From Octopus sinensis (Eukaryota): a DNA stretch of 64,000 nucleotides. The stretch's first letter is position 1. Each line of letters opens with the position of its first letter. The stretch is from NCBI RefSeq assembly GCF_006345805.1, contig NC_043011.1, positions 62,012,464 through 62,076,463 of the forward strand, given 5' to 3'. Made by a program: the position numbers and the translations under genes. This document shows, in pieces, positions 52,042 to 64,000 of the stretch. The notes beneath the pieces are model-generated. The model saw only the letters and a list, made by a program, of their open reading frames with translations, had not been told where the DNA came from and did not search any database.

Positions 52042-52596
52042 ATAGATATCACTTATATGAACTAAAGGTGTGTTTCTGCCAATGTTTACATTGGTATGCA
52101 TGCTCTATAACAGTGTTTACAAATGGATTTTTAGAAAAAAGAATAAAATATAGTTCAGAATTACAGAGAAGTCAGAATTCCTTGCCTTTGTCATAAGGTA
52201 TCGAGATTGAGAGAATCAACCAATCTAAATTAAATTGTATATTGTGGTCTTTTAGATCTCAAATTAATTTACTAAGCCCTGTGCTGTTACGTTTATTCCT
52301 ATCCCTGAACGTAGAATAACAATTAGAAATTCTTTTAGATAACTGAGATGATGTGCTTCCTATATTAAAAAAAATACTTCATTACCAGTAGTAATTTTAC
52401 ACTGGTATATAGAATTTTTAATTTTAGAGTTACTCGACATAAACTTGATTCTGTTGTAATTGACTTCAGATACAATAACCTTGTTATTAATATTTCTAGG
52501 AGGATGGATGGTATTAACTAAATTAATTTTAATATTAATAAAGGTATCAATATCATTGGCAGAAACACACCTTTAGTTCATATAAGTGATATCTAT
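52042..52596. repeat. Fold-back element with 43-bp perfect inverted repeats
   Basis: ATAGATATCACTTATATGAACTAAAGGTGTGTTTCTGCCAATG (52042-52084) and its exact reverse complement (52554-52596). An imperfect extension continues about 25 bp outward. Confidence 0.8.
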
Positions 52597-52854
52597 CATT
52601 ATATATAATTTAAACATTAGATAGCTTCTTACATTTCACATTCACTAGATATATCTTTTTCCAAGTCTGTATGGTTTTATTTAATATACATATAGTTATA
52701 TACTTCTCATTTATTTAGTTTTTTCTTTTATCCCTCCTCTTTCTATAGGCTACCTTTGACGTTTTTTTGAAACAAACTTAATAGCATTCAGTTAATCACT
52801 ATACATATCCATCATTTTCTGTTAAAATGTCTTACTGACGAATTTCATTTCTTC

Positions 52855-52927
52855 ATTTCCCTGAAGAGAAGATTACATTGTTTTACACCATTTTATACCA
52901 GTGATATCTTCGAAACGTGTCGGAAGT
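52855..52927 (+). ncRNA. Minimal type I hammerhead ribozyme (Penelope-like-element type)
   Basis: Stem I ATTTCC/GGAAGT, core CTGAAGA, stem II GAAGAT/ATCTTC, GAAA, stem III AC-GT-GT, and a GUC cleavage triplet ending at 52921. Confidence 0.7.
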
Positions 52928-53007
52928 AAAAGGATCTGAATAACATCTGCGTTTAACTCCATTTATTTATTTATATATATATGTATATATGTATATATGT
53001 GTGTGTG

Positions 53008-53045
<38 letters not shown>

Positions 53046-53047
<2 letters not shown>

Positions 53048-53178
53048 CAATTGCAGCGTGGAAGGTGTTTGTAAGCCATTTAAGAAACACACAAAAGCCA
53101 TTCGATTCACTTCAACATTTAAGTTTAATTTGTGTGTTTCTTAAATGGCTTACAAACACCTTCCACGCTGCAATTGTT
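53046..53178. repeat. Perfect 50-bp-arm hairpin derived from a dispersed repeat
   Basis: Arms 53046-53095 and 53129-53178 are exact reverse complements with a 33-nt spacer. A related single-orientation copy lies at about 38590-38680. Confidence 0.9.
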
Positions 53179-56100
53179 TTCGTTTCAGCACACGATCTCA
53201 GATCAAATCACTTGCTATGCGAGTACATCTCCCTATATATATATATGTATATTATAATAAGTGTAGCACCTACTGAATGTGTTGAGGGCACATCTGATTT
53301 GTCCTCCCACCCCTGTTCACACACACACTCACACACATACACACGCACACATTGCACAGAGCCGGACAGCTTGGACATCTCTGGGTTGTCAAGATGTTAG
53401 TTTTAGGTTGAGTAGCTTTGCTACTTCCTGTATAGCAATCTCTGGACGTGGGTTTGGTGGAGCTCTGTCTGTGTGTATGTGTGTGTGTGTGTGTCTCCAA
53501 GTTGTCACCCTGCCGGCTCCCCCACCCCACCCCAACGTCCTCCCTAACCCCTCACCTTTATGTGACATGGCTGACAAGTGCAGTGTGTTTATAGGAGGGT
53601 CGAGTGTTCTGGTGCTATATTTAGACATGAGGGCAAATGTTTATGTCTACATGTGTGTGTGTGTGTGTGTGCACACGCATATACACATGGTCATGTGTTT
53701 GTGTGTGTATTGCATGCTTACATCTGTGTATGTATGCGTGTATGAATTTAGATGTATGTGTGTAGATGTATTTATGTATATATGTATGTATGCGAATGTA
53801 TGTATTTATGTATGTGTATGTGTGTATATATGTATGTATGTATCTGAGCAAGCTTTACCAAATGGTGATGTTTGTGTGTGTGCATGTATGTAGGTGTGTG
53901 TGTGTGTGTGTGTGTGTGTTTCAACATCTTGTATGGTTACATGTATGCGTGTGATATAAAGAAGCTAGTTAGTGCCCGCACATAATTAACAATACACAGA
54001 CACACTCACACACGCACATACATACTCATACATATACATACACACACATATACACACATGCACACTCATAACCTTTTATATCTCTTATCTTCTTCCCCCC
54101 CACTCACACATCTGCACATCATAGTTTTCCTCTTCTCTTTCTTCCTCAAGCACCCCACCCCTGTCTCTCTAAATCTCTCCACGCACTACACACACACACA
54201 CACACACACACACATGCCACCATCTTGTTATCTCTGCAATGAAACACCAGAAGCTTTTGGAGATAAGTAAAAAGAGTGTCTTCATGGTCATTTGAAATCC
54301 TAAAAATAGCTGCCACAAACTCCCTCGAATAACACCCTACCATCTCAAGAAACAGCGATAGGTTGCATAATACAGTCACAATACAGTCATAATATAGCAT
54401 GTGGTGATCGTGGTTGGAACGTCTTTGATCATAGGTCTGTTTAATAAAGGCTGGACCTGGGGTTAAACAACAAAAGTTGTAACAACATCCAGGGTTCAGT
54501 TGACACAGCATGTGACCCCTAATCTGAAATCCGCAGGTTTTAGTCCCTCCCTTCAAGCATATGTTCTTCAAAGGCGGTACCCCAGCATGGCCACACTCTC
54601 TAGCTGAAACCAGTAAAAATAAAAGAAATAAGAATGTGGTTGAGTATTTCTCAGTCACATCATCATCATCGTCATCATCATTTAACATCTGTTTTTCTTG
54701 CTGGCATGAGTTGGAAAGTTTGGCAGGAGCTGGCAAGCCAAGGGATTGTACCAGACACCTTGGGCTCTTCATGTAGTCTTTTGACTGAATTGGTGTGAAA
54801 ACAGGGCGTGACAAAGGTGGACCTCTGAGTTATGAGTACAATTGAGGTGCAGGTATGGTTGTGTGGTTAGGAATCTTTCTTCCCAATTACATGGTTTGGG
54901 GTTCAGTCCCACCGCATAGCCCCTTAGACATCTCCTTTAGTCTCAAGTTTATTGAAGCCTTGTGGATGGATTTGGTAAATGGAAACTAAAAGAAGCCGAT
55001 CATTATTGTGTGCGATGTAAAAAGCACTCACTACACTCACGGAGTGGTTGGCGTTAGGAAGAGCATCCAGCTGTCGAAACACTGCCAGATCAGACTGGAG
55101 CCTGGTGCAGCCTCCTGGCTTCCCAGACCCCGGTTGAACTGTCCAACCCATGCCGGCATGGAAAACAGACGTTAAACGATGACGATGTGTGTGCGTGTGC
55201 ATATGTATGTGTGTGTGTATATATATATATGTATGTGTGTGTGTATAAACATACACATATATGTATAAACAAATATATATGTATATGTGTGTCAGGGTTT
55301 GTGTGTGTGTGTATATATATATATATGTGCGTGTGTGTTTATTTGTATAAAAATGTATATATATATATATATATGTACGTACATATACATGTGTGTTTGT
55401 GTGTGTGTGTGTGTATGCATAATGAAACAAAGTTCGTGTGAATGATCTTAACTATGGAACATCATTAGAGACATAATCGCAACTTTTACCTTTTAGTGTA
55501 CTGTTTACAAGCTCCGGTGAATGCTCGTTAAGGTTTCAAACAGCACAAACTATGGAACACCAACGATAACAAAATCGCAATCTTCAGTATGAGGAGAACA
55601 CCTTAGGAATTTATTTATGCATCAAAATAAAGAGATTTTAATAACATGGAATTCCTACAGCTTGCTCTAGATTTTATAAATGTTTTATCAATTATATAAC
55701 ATCTGGTTTTGATTTCCTTCTTTGCCAGGCTTATAAATTAAAATACTAGTTTTTAGTAGCTCCCTCCTTCCCTCCCTCTCTCTCTGCCTTGCTCCTTTTA
55801 TATATATATATATATATATATATCTGCGTTGGTGACCTTGTGCCCTCAATTAGCATTCGCCCACCTCCTTTTCCCTTCCCACAATGCACTCACCCTATTG
55901 TTGCTATCTTTCCTACCTCCACCATTTCTACCATCTTCACTTCCCATCGTCACCGTCACCGTCACCCCCCACCCCCACCACCACCACCACCACCACCCTC
56001 GGTAATACTACAGTTCCTCTTATCACTGCTCTCCTTACCATGCTGTGTTTCCATATTATTAGCACCTTTCTTCCTCTGTTATTTGTATTCCTATCACGGC

Positions 56101-56280
56101 TGGGTGTGTGTGCATGTGTAGAAATAAATTGTGTGTGTTTGTGTGTATATATATATATCTACATATATTATTGGACACTATTTCTTGACAGATGGATATG
56201 TATGTATGTATGTATGCATGTGTGTATGTATGCATGTGTATGTATGTAAATGTATGAATGTGTGTATATATATATATATA

Positions 56281-56321
<41 letters not shown>

Positions 56322-56337
56322 AAAATATGTATATATA

Positions 56338-56372
<35 letters not shown>

Positions 56373-56560
56373 TAGTTTCAGCTCAGCGCTGCGGCCATGC
56401 TGATGTATAATATATATATATAATTGAGATTCAGTTGAATTAGCTACTAAATTAAACTGAGGCACCTTGCCAGTTCGGTATAATCCCCACAGCTACTCTC
56501 TAAATTAGAGCAGGCTTAATAAGATATGCATTATTTCCTAAACGCATTCTGCCACAGATA

Positions 56561-57425
56561 CAGGGTGTCCCAAAAGTCACCGATTGGTTTAAATTTTTAA
56601 TAACTTCCTTAACTTTACAAATAAATGGATGAAATTTTGATACAATATAAAGGACATAATAGAAATTAATTTTGCAGCACCACTACATCACATATGAAAA
56701 AAGACATCACGTAAACGACAGCCATTTTCGGTTTCACATACCTGTGCTCTTTCCAAAACTTGCACCATAACACCCTCAAGAGTTTCAAACCCCACTTCTC
56801 TGATTTTTCTATTGATGTTCTCCTTCAGTTGCACCAGGGTCTCTGGTTTGTTGATGTCAACCCTCTTTTTCAAGTATCTCCACTGAAAAATATCGTGGCT
56901 AATCAAGTCTGGGGAATGTGAAGGCCATTCAAAGTAGACCTCACACATGGTTCCAGCAAGATGAAGCAACTGCTCATACCACAAGAGAAACAATGCAGTT
57001 GCTATGGCAATGCTTTGGAGAGAGAATATTCTCCCATTACGGCAATGTCAACTGGCCTTCACATTCCCCAGACTTGACCAGCCTGGATTTTTTCTTGTGG
57101 GAATACTGGAAAGATAGGGTTTACATCAACAAACCGGAGACTCTGGTGCAACTGAAGGAGAACATCAACAAAGAAATCAGAGAAGTGGGGTCTGAAACTC
57201 TTGAGGGTGTTATGGTGCAAGTTTTATAAGAGCACAGGTATGTGAAGCCGAAAATGGCTGCCATTTAAGCAATGTCATTTTCCATATGTGGTGTTGCAAA
57301 ATTTGACTTGTGCATATTACTTTCCATAATGTCCTTTATATTGTATCAACATTTCATGCATTTATTTGTAAAGTTAAGGAAGTTATTGTAAATTGAAACT
57401 CATCAGTGACTTTTGGGACATTCTG
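56561..57425. mobile_element. Tc1/mariner DD41D (rosa/VS-type) fold-back derivative
   Basis: TA TSDs and TIR CAGGGTGTCCCAAAAGTCAC. The remnant WFQQD-41 aa-D (PSHSPDLTSLDFFLW) is on the plus strand, and about 370 bp of the 3' end is duplicated in inverted orientation. Confidence 0.88.
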
Positions 57426-57585
57426 TATAACATAAAGAAACAATGTAATTATTTTGGTGTCTATTATTGATGTAAATTTTTAAAAAATGTTTTATCCTTT
57501 ATGTTTGAAATCGATAAGTGGAGTACAAAACTCTTAGACCTTGAGTCACTTGGTTACTTCTGCTAAATATTTATAAATATAGATA

Positions 57586-58255
57586 CAGGGTGTGGTGAAT
57601 AAACTGTCATCTAAATTACGCAAAAATTAAAATAACACTGCCATCTCATCTTAATAGATATATTTACCAAAATTACATTGAAATATCTTGAAATACTAAA
57701 GAGTAAATCTATTCAATAAAATCGCCATTGGTGTCAACCACGGCCTCCGGACAACTTCGGAATCTCCATCAACTCCACTGGACAGTCTCCTTGTTTAATT
57801 TGGCAAATGCTGGCATAATCCTTGCCTTCAATTCATCTTTGGTGTTGCAAGGAGTTGTGTTGGGCTCTCACTTAACTGCACCTCAAACATAATAATCAAG
57901 GGGGTTGCAGTCTGGGGAGTTAGGTGGTCAGGTGTTAGGGGTGATGTGGTCGCAGAAATTGTCTGACAGCCATGACTGCATTCTCCTGCTTGTGTGGAAT
58001 GGTGCAGAGTCCTGTTGCCCGACATAGGGTCTTCCAGCAGCCACTCTCTTGAGCCAGGGCAGCACTGCCTCATCCACGCACTTCATGTAGGCCTCCGAAT
58101 TGAGTCTGAGGCTGTGTGGGAAGATGAATGGAGGCGAATTGTTGCCATCACTAGTGATTACTCCAAACACCACGATGTTGACTGGATGTTTGATTTTTAT
58201 CACTCTCGGCACAGTTCCTCAGATTGCACTGCTCTCATATTGACACCCAAACACT
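57586..58255 (-). mobile_element. maT (DD37D) transposon fragment
   Basis: Minus strand reads VVFGVITSDG...YVGQQDSAPFHTS...*PPNSPDCNPLDY, with 37 residues between the last two Asp. The right end is TA-CAGGGTGTGG. Confidence 0.82.
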
Positions 58256-58269
58256 CTGAAATGTTCATA

Positions 58270-58504
58270 TTGGAGCTTCCAGCACAAACGTGGCTCAAAG
58301 AACACTCAACAGAATTTTACGGGACAGGAACACACGCTCTCATTCGAAGGTGGAACATTACTATTGAGAGAAATGGTGACTTTGTTGAGAAGTAGGGATG
58401 TGATCCACAGAGGACCAGCTTCATTTTGATGTATGATACATGTTCCTCTGTTGGTAATTATACCTGTCCTAAATGAAACGGCATTACTTTTTGACTAATC
58501 TTCG
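58270..58504 (+). mobile_element. Mariner-like transposon right end
   Basis: WLKEHSTEFYGTGTHALIRRWNITIERNGDFVEK*, then TIR ATTACTTTTTGACTAATCTTCG-TA. Same family as 27587-27972. Confidence 0.78.
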
Positions 58505-58570
58505 TATATGTACATGTGTGTGTGTGTGTACATATACACATGTATGCATATATGTGTATAGGTATATATA

Positions 58571-58623
<53 letters not shown>

Positions 58624-58629
58624 CATATG

Positions 58630-58975
58630 TATGTGTGGTAAGCTTGCTTCCAACCACAGGGTCCGGGTTCAGTCCCACTGCATGGCACCTTGGGCAAGTG
58701 TCTTCTACTATAGCCTCAGTGAGAAACTGAAAGCCCATCGTATATATATGTGTGTGTGTGTGTTGTCTGTGTTTGTCCCCACCCTTATCATTGCTTGACA
58801 ATCGATGTTGGTGTGTTTATATCCCTGTAACTTAGTGGTTTGGCAAAAAAAAAAAACCAATAGAATAAGTACTAGGCTTACAATGAATAAGTCTTGGGAT
58901 CGATTTGTTCGACTAAAAGCAGTGCTCCAGCATGGCCGCAGTCACATGACTGAAACAAGTAAAAGAATAAAAGAA
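58630..58975 (+). mobile_element. SINE B
   Basis: Head, core and tail. Confidence 0.8.
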
Positions 58976-59559
58976 CACACACACACACACACATACCTAC
59001 GTTTATGTACAGATATGTGTGTGTGTGTGTGTATGTATGTATTCACTTATATATGATGACGTGTATGTGTGTGTGTGGAGGTGTGCCTATTTGCTAAATG
59101 TTTACTTATGAAATCTTGTTTACATGCATTCTTTATATAAATTTGCACTTATGCATATGAAATAGTGTACACATGCACACGTGTGTGTATATGTGTGTGT
59201 GTGTGTGTTGATCAGTTGGTTGCTGGAAAGGAAAGGTTTGTTAGAACAAACTTCCGTTAAGGATGTTTTGCCTGTTGAACTTAAGGTGAGCCTTGATTAA
59301 GCTATTCCAAATGTGACCATCCCATTTGTATTTCAGATATACTATATCTGATTAAGACATTTTATTGCCCTGTCCATTGTTGTTGCTATATGCCCCCTGG
59401 GTCAGCTCTCATGAAGTAGCCGACCTATGTTTAAAAGACAATCCAGTCATGACTGTCCCATCTAGCTAATTTGTCTAGTGAGGTTGTCATAGTTTTTGAG
59501 GCCAAATTTGTTATCGCTTAAGAATGGACCCATGAAAAGGAGGGGTCGGGCAGTTGCAT

Positions 59560-59850
<291 letters not shown>

Positions 59851-60769
59851 TCAATCATTGTCCAAGAAACGCAAATGTGGATTCTGTTGGGTCCTAATGC
59901 TTTCATCATCATTATGAGGAGACAACATGGAAGGGGCCCCCTCCAACCGCTGCTGCTGCTGCTGCTGGTTATAACATTAGCTAGAGACAATGGATTGATG
60001 ATGACGGTGTTAGTGGTGGTAGCTACTGCGATGATGACAAATATGCTAAAGATGATGATGATGATGATGATGATGGTGATAATGACAGCAATAGCAATAA
60101 TGATAATCACATAGATAATTACAATGATGGCAATAATTATGATGATGATGATGATGATAATAACAATAACAGCAATGGGAGCAACAAATGAAGAGGAAAA
60201 TGATGGTGGTGGTGGTGGAGGTAATGGATGATGATGATGAAGAGGGGGTAGAGGAGGAGGGTGGAATGTGGGTACTCTTTTACTTGTTTCAGTCATTTGA
60301 TGGCGGCCATGCTGGAGGACCACCTTTAATCAAACAAATTCACCCCAGGACGTATTCATTGTAAGCCTAGTACTTATTCTATCGGTCTCTTTTGCCGAGC
60401 CTCTAAATTACGGGGACATAAACACACTGACATCGGCCATCATGTGATGGTGAAGGGACAAACATAGACACACATAAACATACACACATATACATACATA
60501 CATACATATGCATATATATATATATCCATTATATATATATATTGTGTGTGTGTATATATACGCTGAATTTTTCTCTAGAGAACATTCTTTCTTTGTAGTT
60601 TGATCATAGGTGATCTACTTCTAGCATATGGCTGTCCACATAGTGGTTTTTAGCCCTTTAAATATACACACGTATTAGAATTTTCTCTGATTTTTCAGAT
60701 TTTTGTATGCTAGGCTACTGGTTTTAAATTAATATTCAATTTATCTCCCTCATTATTTAAATGTTTTAT

Positions 60770-63700
60770 ATCATCATCATCATCATCATCATCATCATTT
60801 AGCGTCCGTTTTCCATGCTAGCATGGGTTGGACGGTTCAACTGGGGTCTGGGGAGCCCGAAGGCTGCACCAGGCCAGTCAGATCTGGCAGTGTTCTACAG
60901 CTGGATGCCCTTCCTAACGCCAACCACTCCGAGAGTGTAGTGGGTGATTTTATTGTGCCACCGACACAGGTGCCAGACGAGGCTGGCGAACGGCCACGCT
61001 CGGATGGTGTTTTTATGTGCCACCGACACAGGTGCCAGACGAGGCTGGCAGACGGCCACGCTCGGATGGTGTTTTTATGTGCCACCGACACAGGTGCCAG
61101 ATGAGGCTGGCAGGTGCCAGACGAGGCTGGCAGACGGCCACGCTCGGATGGTGTTTTTATGTGCCACCGACACAGGTGCCAGATGAGGCTGGCGGACGGC
61201 CACGATCGGATGGTGTTTGTTACGTCCCCAAAGCACGGAGGCCAGTCTATGCGGTACTGGCTACGGCCCCGTTCGGATGATTCTTGTGTGCCACGGCACT
61301 GGTACCACAAGATACAAATTCCATTTATGTTCATCTATTTTGATTTGTTTTGATTTGATTTGATTTTTACTTGCCTCAACAGGTCTTCACACAGTGTCAC
61401 AAGAAGGAAGGTATGCACAGGTGGACTGTCTACGTCGCCGGGTCTTCGGATGGTGTCTTTATGTGCCACCGCACAGGTGCCAGATGTGGCTGGCGAACGG
61501 CCACGATCGGATGGTTTTCTTGTGTGCCACCGGTACTGGAACCACAAAGATACAAATTCCATTGATGTTCATCTATTTTGATTTGGTTTGATTTTCACTT
61601 GCCTCAACAGGTCTTCACAAGTGTCACGCGTGTCACACACTTGCCTCAACAGGTCTCCACAAGTGTCACACACTTGCCTCTGCCTCACAGGTCTTCACAA
61701 AGTGTCACACACTTGCCTCTGCCTCAACAGGTCTTCACAAGTGTCATAAGAGGGAAGGTATGCACAGGTGGACTGACTACGTCGCCGGGTCTTTGGATGG
61801 TGTTTTTTATTGCCACCGACACAGGTGCCAGGTGAGGCTGGCGAACGGCCACGATCAGATGTTGTTTGTTGTGCCCACAGCACGGAGGCCAGTCGATGCG
61901 GTACCAGCTACGGCCACGTTCGGATGGTTTTCTTGGTGCCACCGGTACTGGAACACAAAGATACAAATTCCATTGATATTCATCTATTTTGATTTGGTTT
62001 GATTTTCACTTGCCTCAACAGGTCTTCACAAGGGTCACACACTTGCCTCAACAGGTCTCCACAAGTGTCACAACACTTGCCTCTGCCTCAACAGGTCTTC
62101 ACAAGTGTCACACACTTGCCTCAACAGGTCTTCACAAGTGTCATAAGAGGGAAGGTATGCACAGGTGGACTGACTACGTCGCCGGGTCTTCGGATGTGTC
62201 TTTATGTGCCACCGGCACAGGTGCCAGATGAGGCTGGCGAACGGCCACGATCGGATGGTGTTTGTTGTGCCCACAGCACGGAGGCCAGTCGATGCGGTAC
62301 TGGTTACGGCCACGTTTGGGTGGTTTCTTTGTGCCACCGGCACTGGTACCACAAAGAATACAATTCCACTGATGTTCATCTATTTTGATTTGTTTTGATT
62401 TGATTTGATTTTCACTTGCCTCAACAGGTCTTCATAAGTGTCACAAGAAGGAAGGTATGCACAGGACTGACTACGTCCGTCCCAGTCGGGGCCACGGGTT
62501 ATGGCCTGACTAGTCTTGCCGGGTCTTCTCATGCACAGCATACTTCCATAGGTCTCGGTCTCTAGACATTTCCTTAGTGAGACCTAAAGTTCGAAGGTCG
62601 TGCTTCACCACCTCGTCCCAGGTTTTCCTGGGTCTACCTCTCCCACAGGTTCCCTCCACTGCTAGGGTGTAGCACTTTTGCACACAACTATCTTCAGCCT
62701 TTCTTGTCACATGACCATACCAGCGCAGCCGTCTCTCTTGCACGCCACAACTGACGCTTCTTAGGTTCAGCTTTTCTCTCAAGGAACTTACACTCTGACG
62801 ATTATGAACACTGACATTACACATCCATCGGAGCATACTGGCTTCATTTTTTGCGAGCTTACGCATATCCTCAGCAGTCACGGCCATGTTTCACTGCCAT
62901 GTAGCATGGCTGTACGTACACATGCATCATACAGTCTGCCTTTTACTCTGAGCGAGAGGCCTTTTGTCACCAGCAGGGGTAAGAGCTCTCTAAACTTTGC
63001 CCAGGCTATTCTTACTCTAGCAGTTACACTTTCAGCACACCACCCCCGCTACTGACTTGGTCTCCTAGGTAGCGGAAGCTATCAACTACTTCTAGTTTGT
63101 CTCCCTGGAACGTGGCAGAAGTTGGTCTCTGCATATTTCCAGTGTTTATTGCTCCTGAGCATTTGCCACAGACAAAAACTATTTTCCTAGTTAGCCTTCC
63201 TTTGACATTGCTGCACCTCTTATGTGTCCATAGCTTACACTTGGTGCATCTTATAGAGTTTCTACCTACACCTTTTTTACAGATCGAGCAGGGCCATCTA
63301 CCTGAAGGCGTTTGTGATTGATCTACCTCCTACTTATTAGAACTTGGTTTTGGCTAGGTTGATTCTAAGGCCCTTCGATTCTAATCCTTGTTTCCACACC
63401 TGGAACTTCTCCTCCAGTTCTGATAGTGACTCAGCAATTAGAGCAAGGTCATCAGCATAGAGGAGCTCCCAGGGGCAACCTGTCTTGAATTCCTCCGTTA
63501 TTGCCTGGAGGACTATGATAAATAGGAGGGGACTGAGGACTGAACCTTGGTGGACCCCAACCTCTACCCGGAATTCTTCACTGTACTCGTTGCCACCCTC
63601 ACCTTACTAGCAGCGTCTCTGTACATGGCTTGCACAGCTCTCACCAACCATTCTTCTATCCCTAGTTTCCTCATTGACCACCAGATAAGGGACCGGGGGA

Positions 63701-64000
63701 CCCTGTCAAAGGCTTTCTCCAAGTCAACAAAAGCCAGGTACAAGGGCTTATCTTTGGCTAGGTATTTCTCCTGCAGCTGTCTTACCAGGAATATAGCATC
63801 AGTAGTACTTTTCCCTGGCACGAACCCAAACTGCATATCATCTAAGGTAACTCTCTCTCTAATTAGTTGGGCTACAACCCTCTCCGTAACCTTCATTACC
63901 TGATCCAGCAGCTTGATGCCCCTGTAGTTATTTGTCTCTCTAGGCGCGTCGCCTTTACCTTTGTAGCAGTTGACTATTATGCTGCTACACCAGTCATTGG
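60770..64000 (-). mobile_element. RTE-clade LINE (runs off window end) with tandemly amplified 3' UTR
   Basis: (CAT)n tail at about 60770-60797 and 3' UTR to about 62509. Minus-strand RT motifs (QFGF, KAFDRVPR, YADD at about 63450-63465) and C-terminus ending RQD* at 62510. Frameshifts near 62887 and 63590. Closely similar in coding sequence to 3602-6208. Confidence 0.95.

Noticed and set aside
59210-59290. Possible coding exon (CAG...open frame WLLERKGLLEQ...ELK|GTGAG)
   Set aside because: No polypyrimidine tract (preceded by TG repeats), no recognisable homology and no partner exons.

Overview
Repeat-saturated eukaryotic DNA, intergenic or deep-intronic, with no supportable host protein-coding exon. 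The repeat families point to an octopus or other coleoid cephalopod genome; this is an inference from recalled family sequences, not a database result. Content: (i) two degraded RTE-clade LINEs (+ strand 3602-6818; - strand 60770 to window end) plus about a dozen 3'-tail fragments; (ii) a near full-length R4/Dong-type RLE LINE (- strand 22673-25993) flanked by (TAA)n and joined back-to-back to a Tx1/L1-like 3' fragment; (iii) dozens of tRNA-derived SINEs of at least four families (my labels A-D); (iv) Tc1/mariner fragments of three catalytic types (DD41D, DD37D, mariner-like), plus hAT-like and piggyBac-like MITEs; (v) several Penelope-type minimal hammerhead-ribozyme motifs and fold-back palindromes; (vi) abundant microsatellites, which explain nearly all ORFs in the supplied track. 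The most interesting signals are a probable Tx1-LINE/SINE-A partnership with nucleotide-exact self-insertion of SINE A, the Dong/Tx1 back-to-back insertion, and the hammerhead motifs. All coordinates and alignments were read by eye. Boundaries marked approximate may be off by tens of bases.
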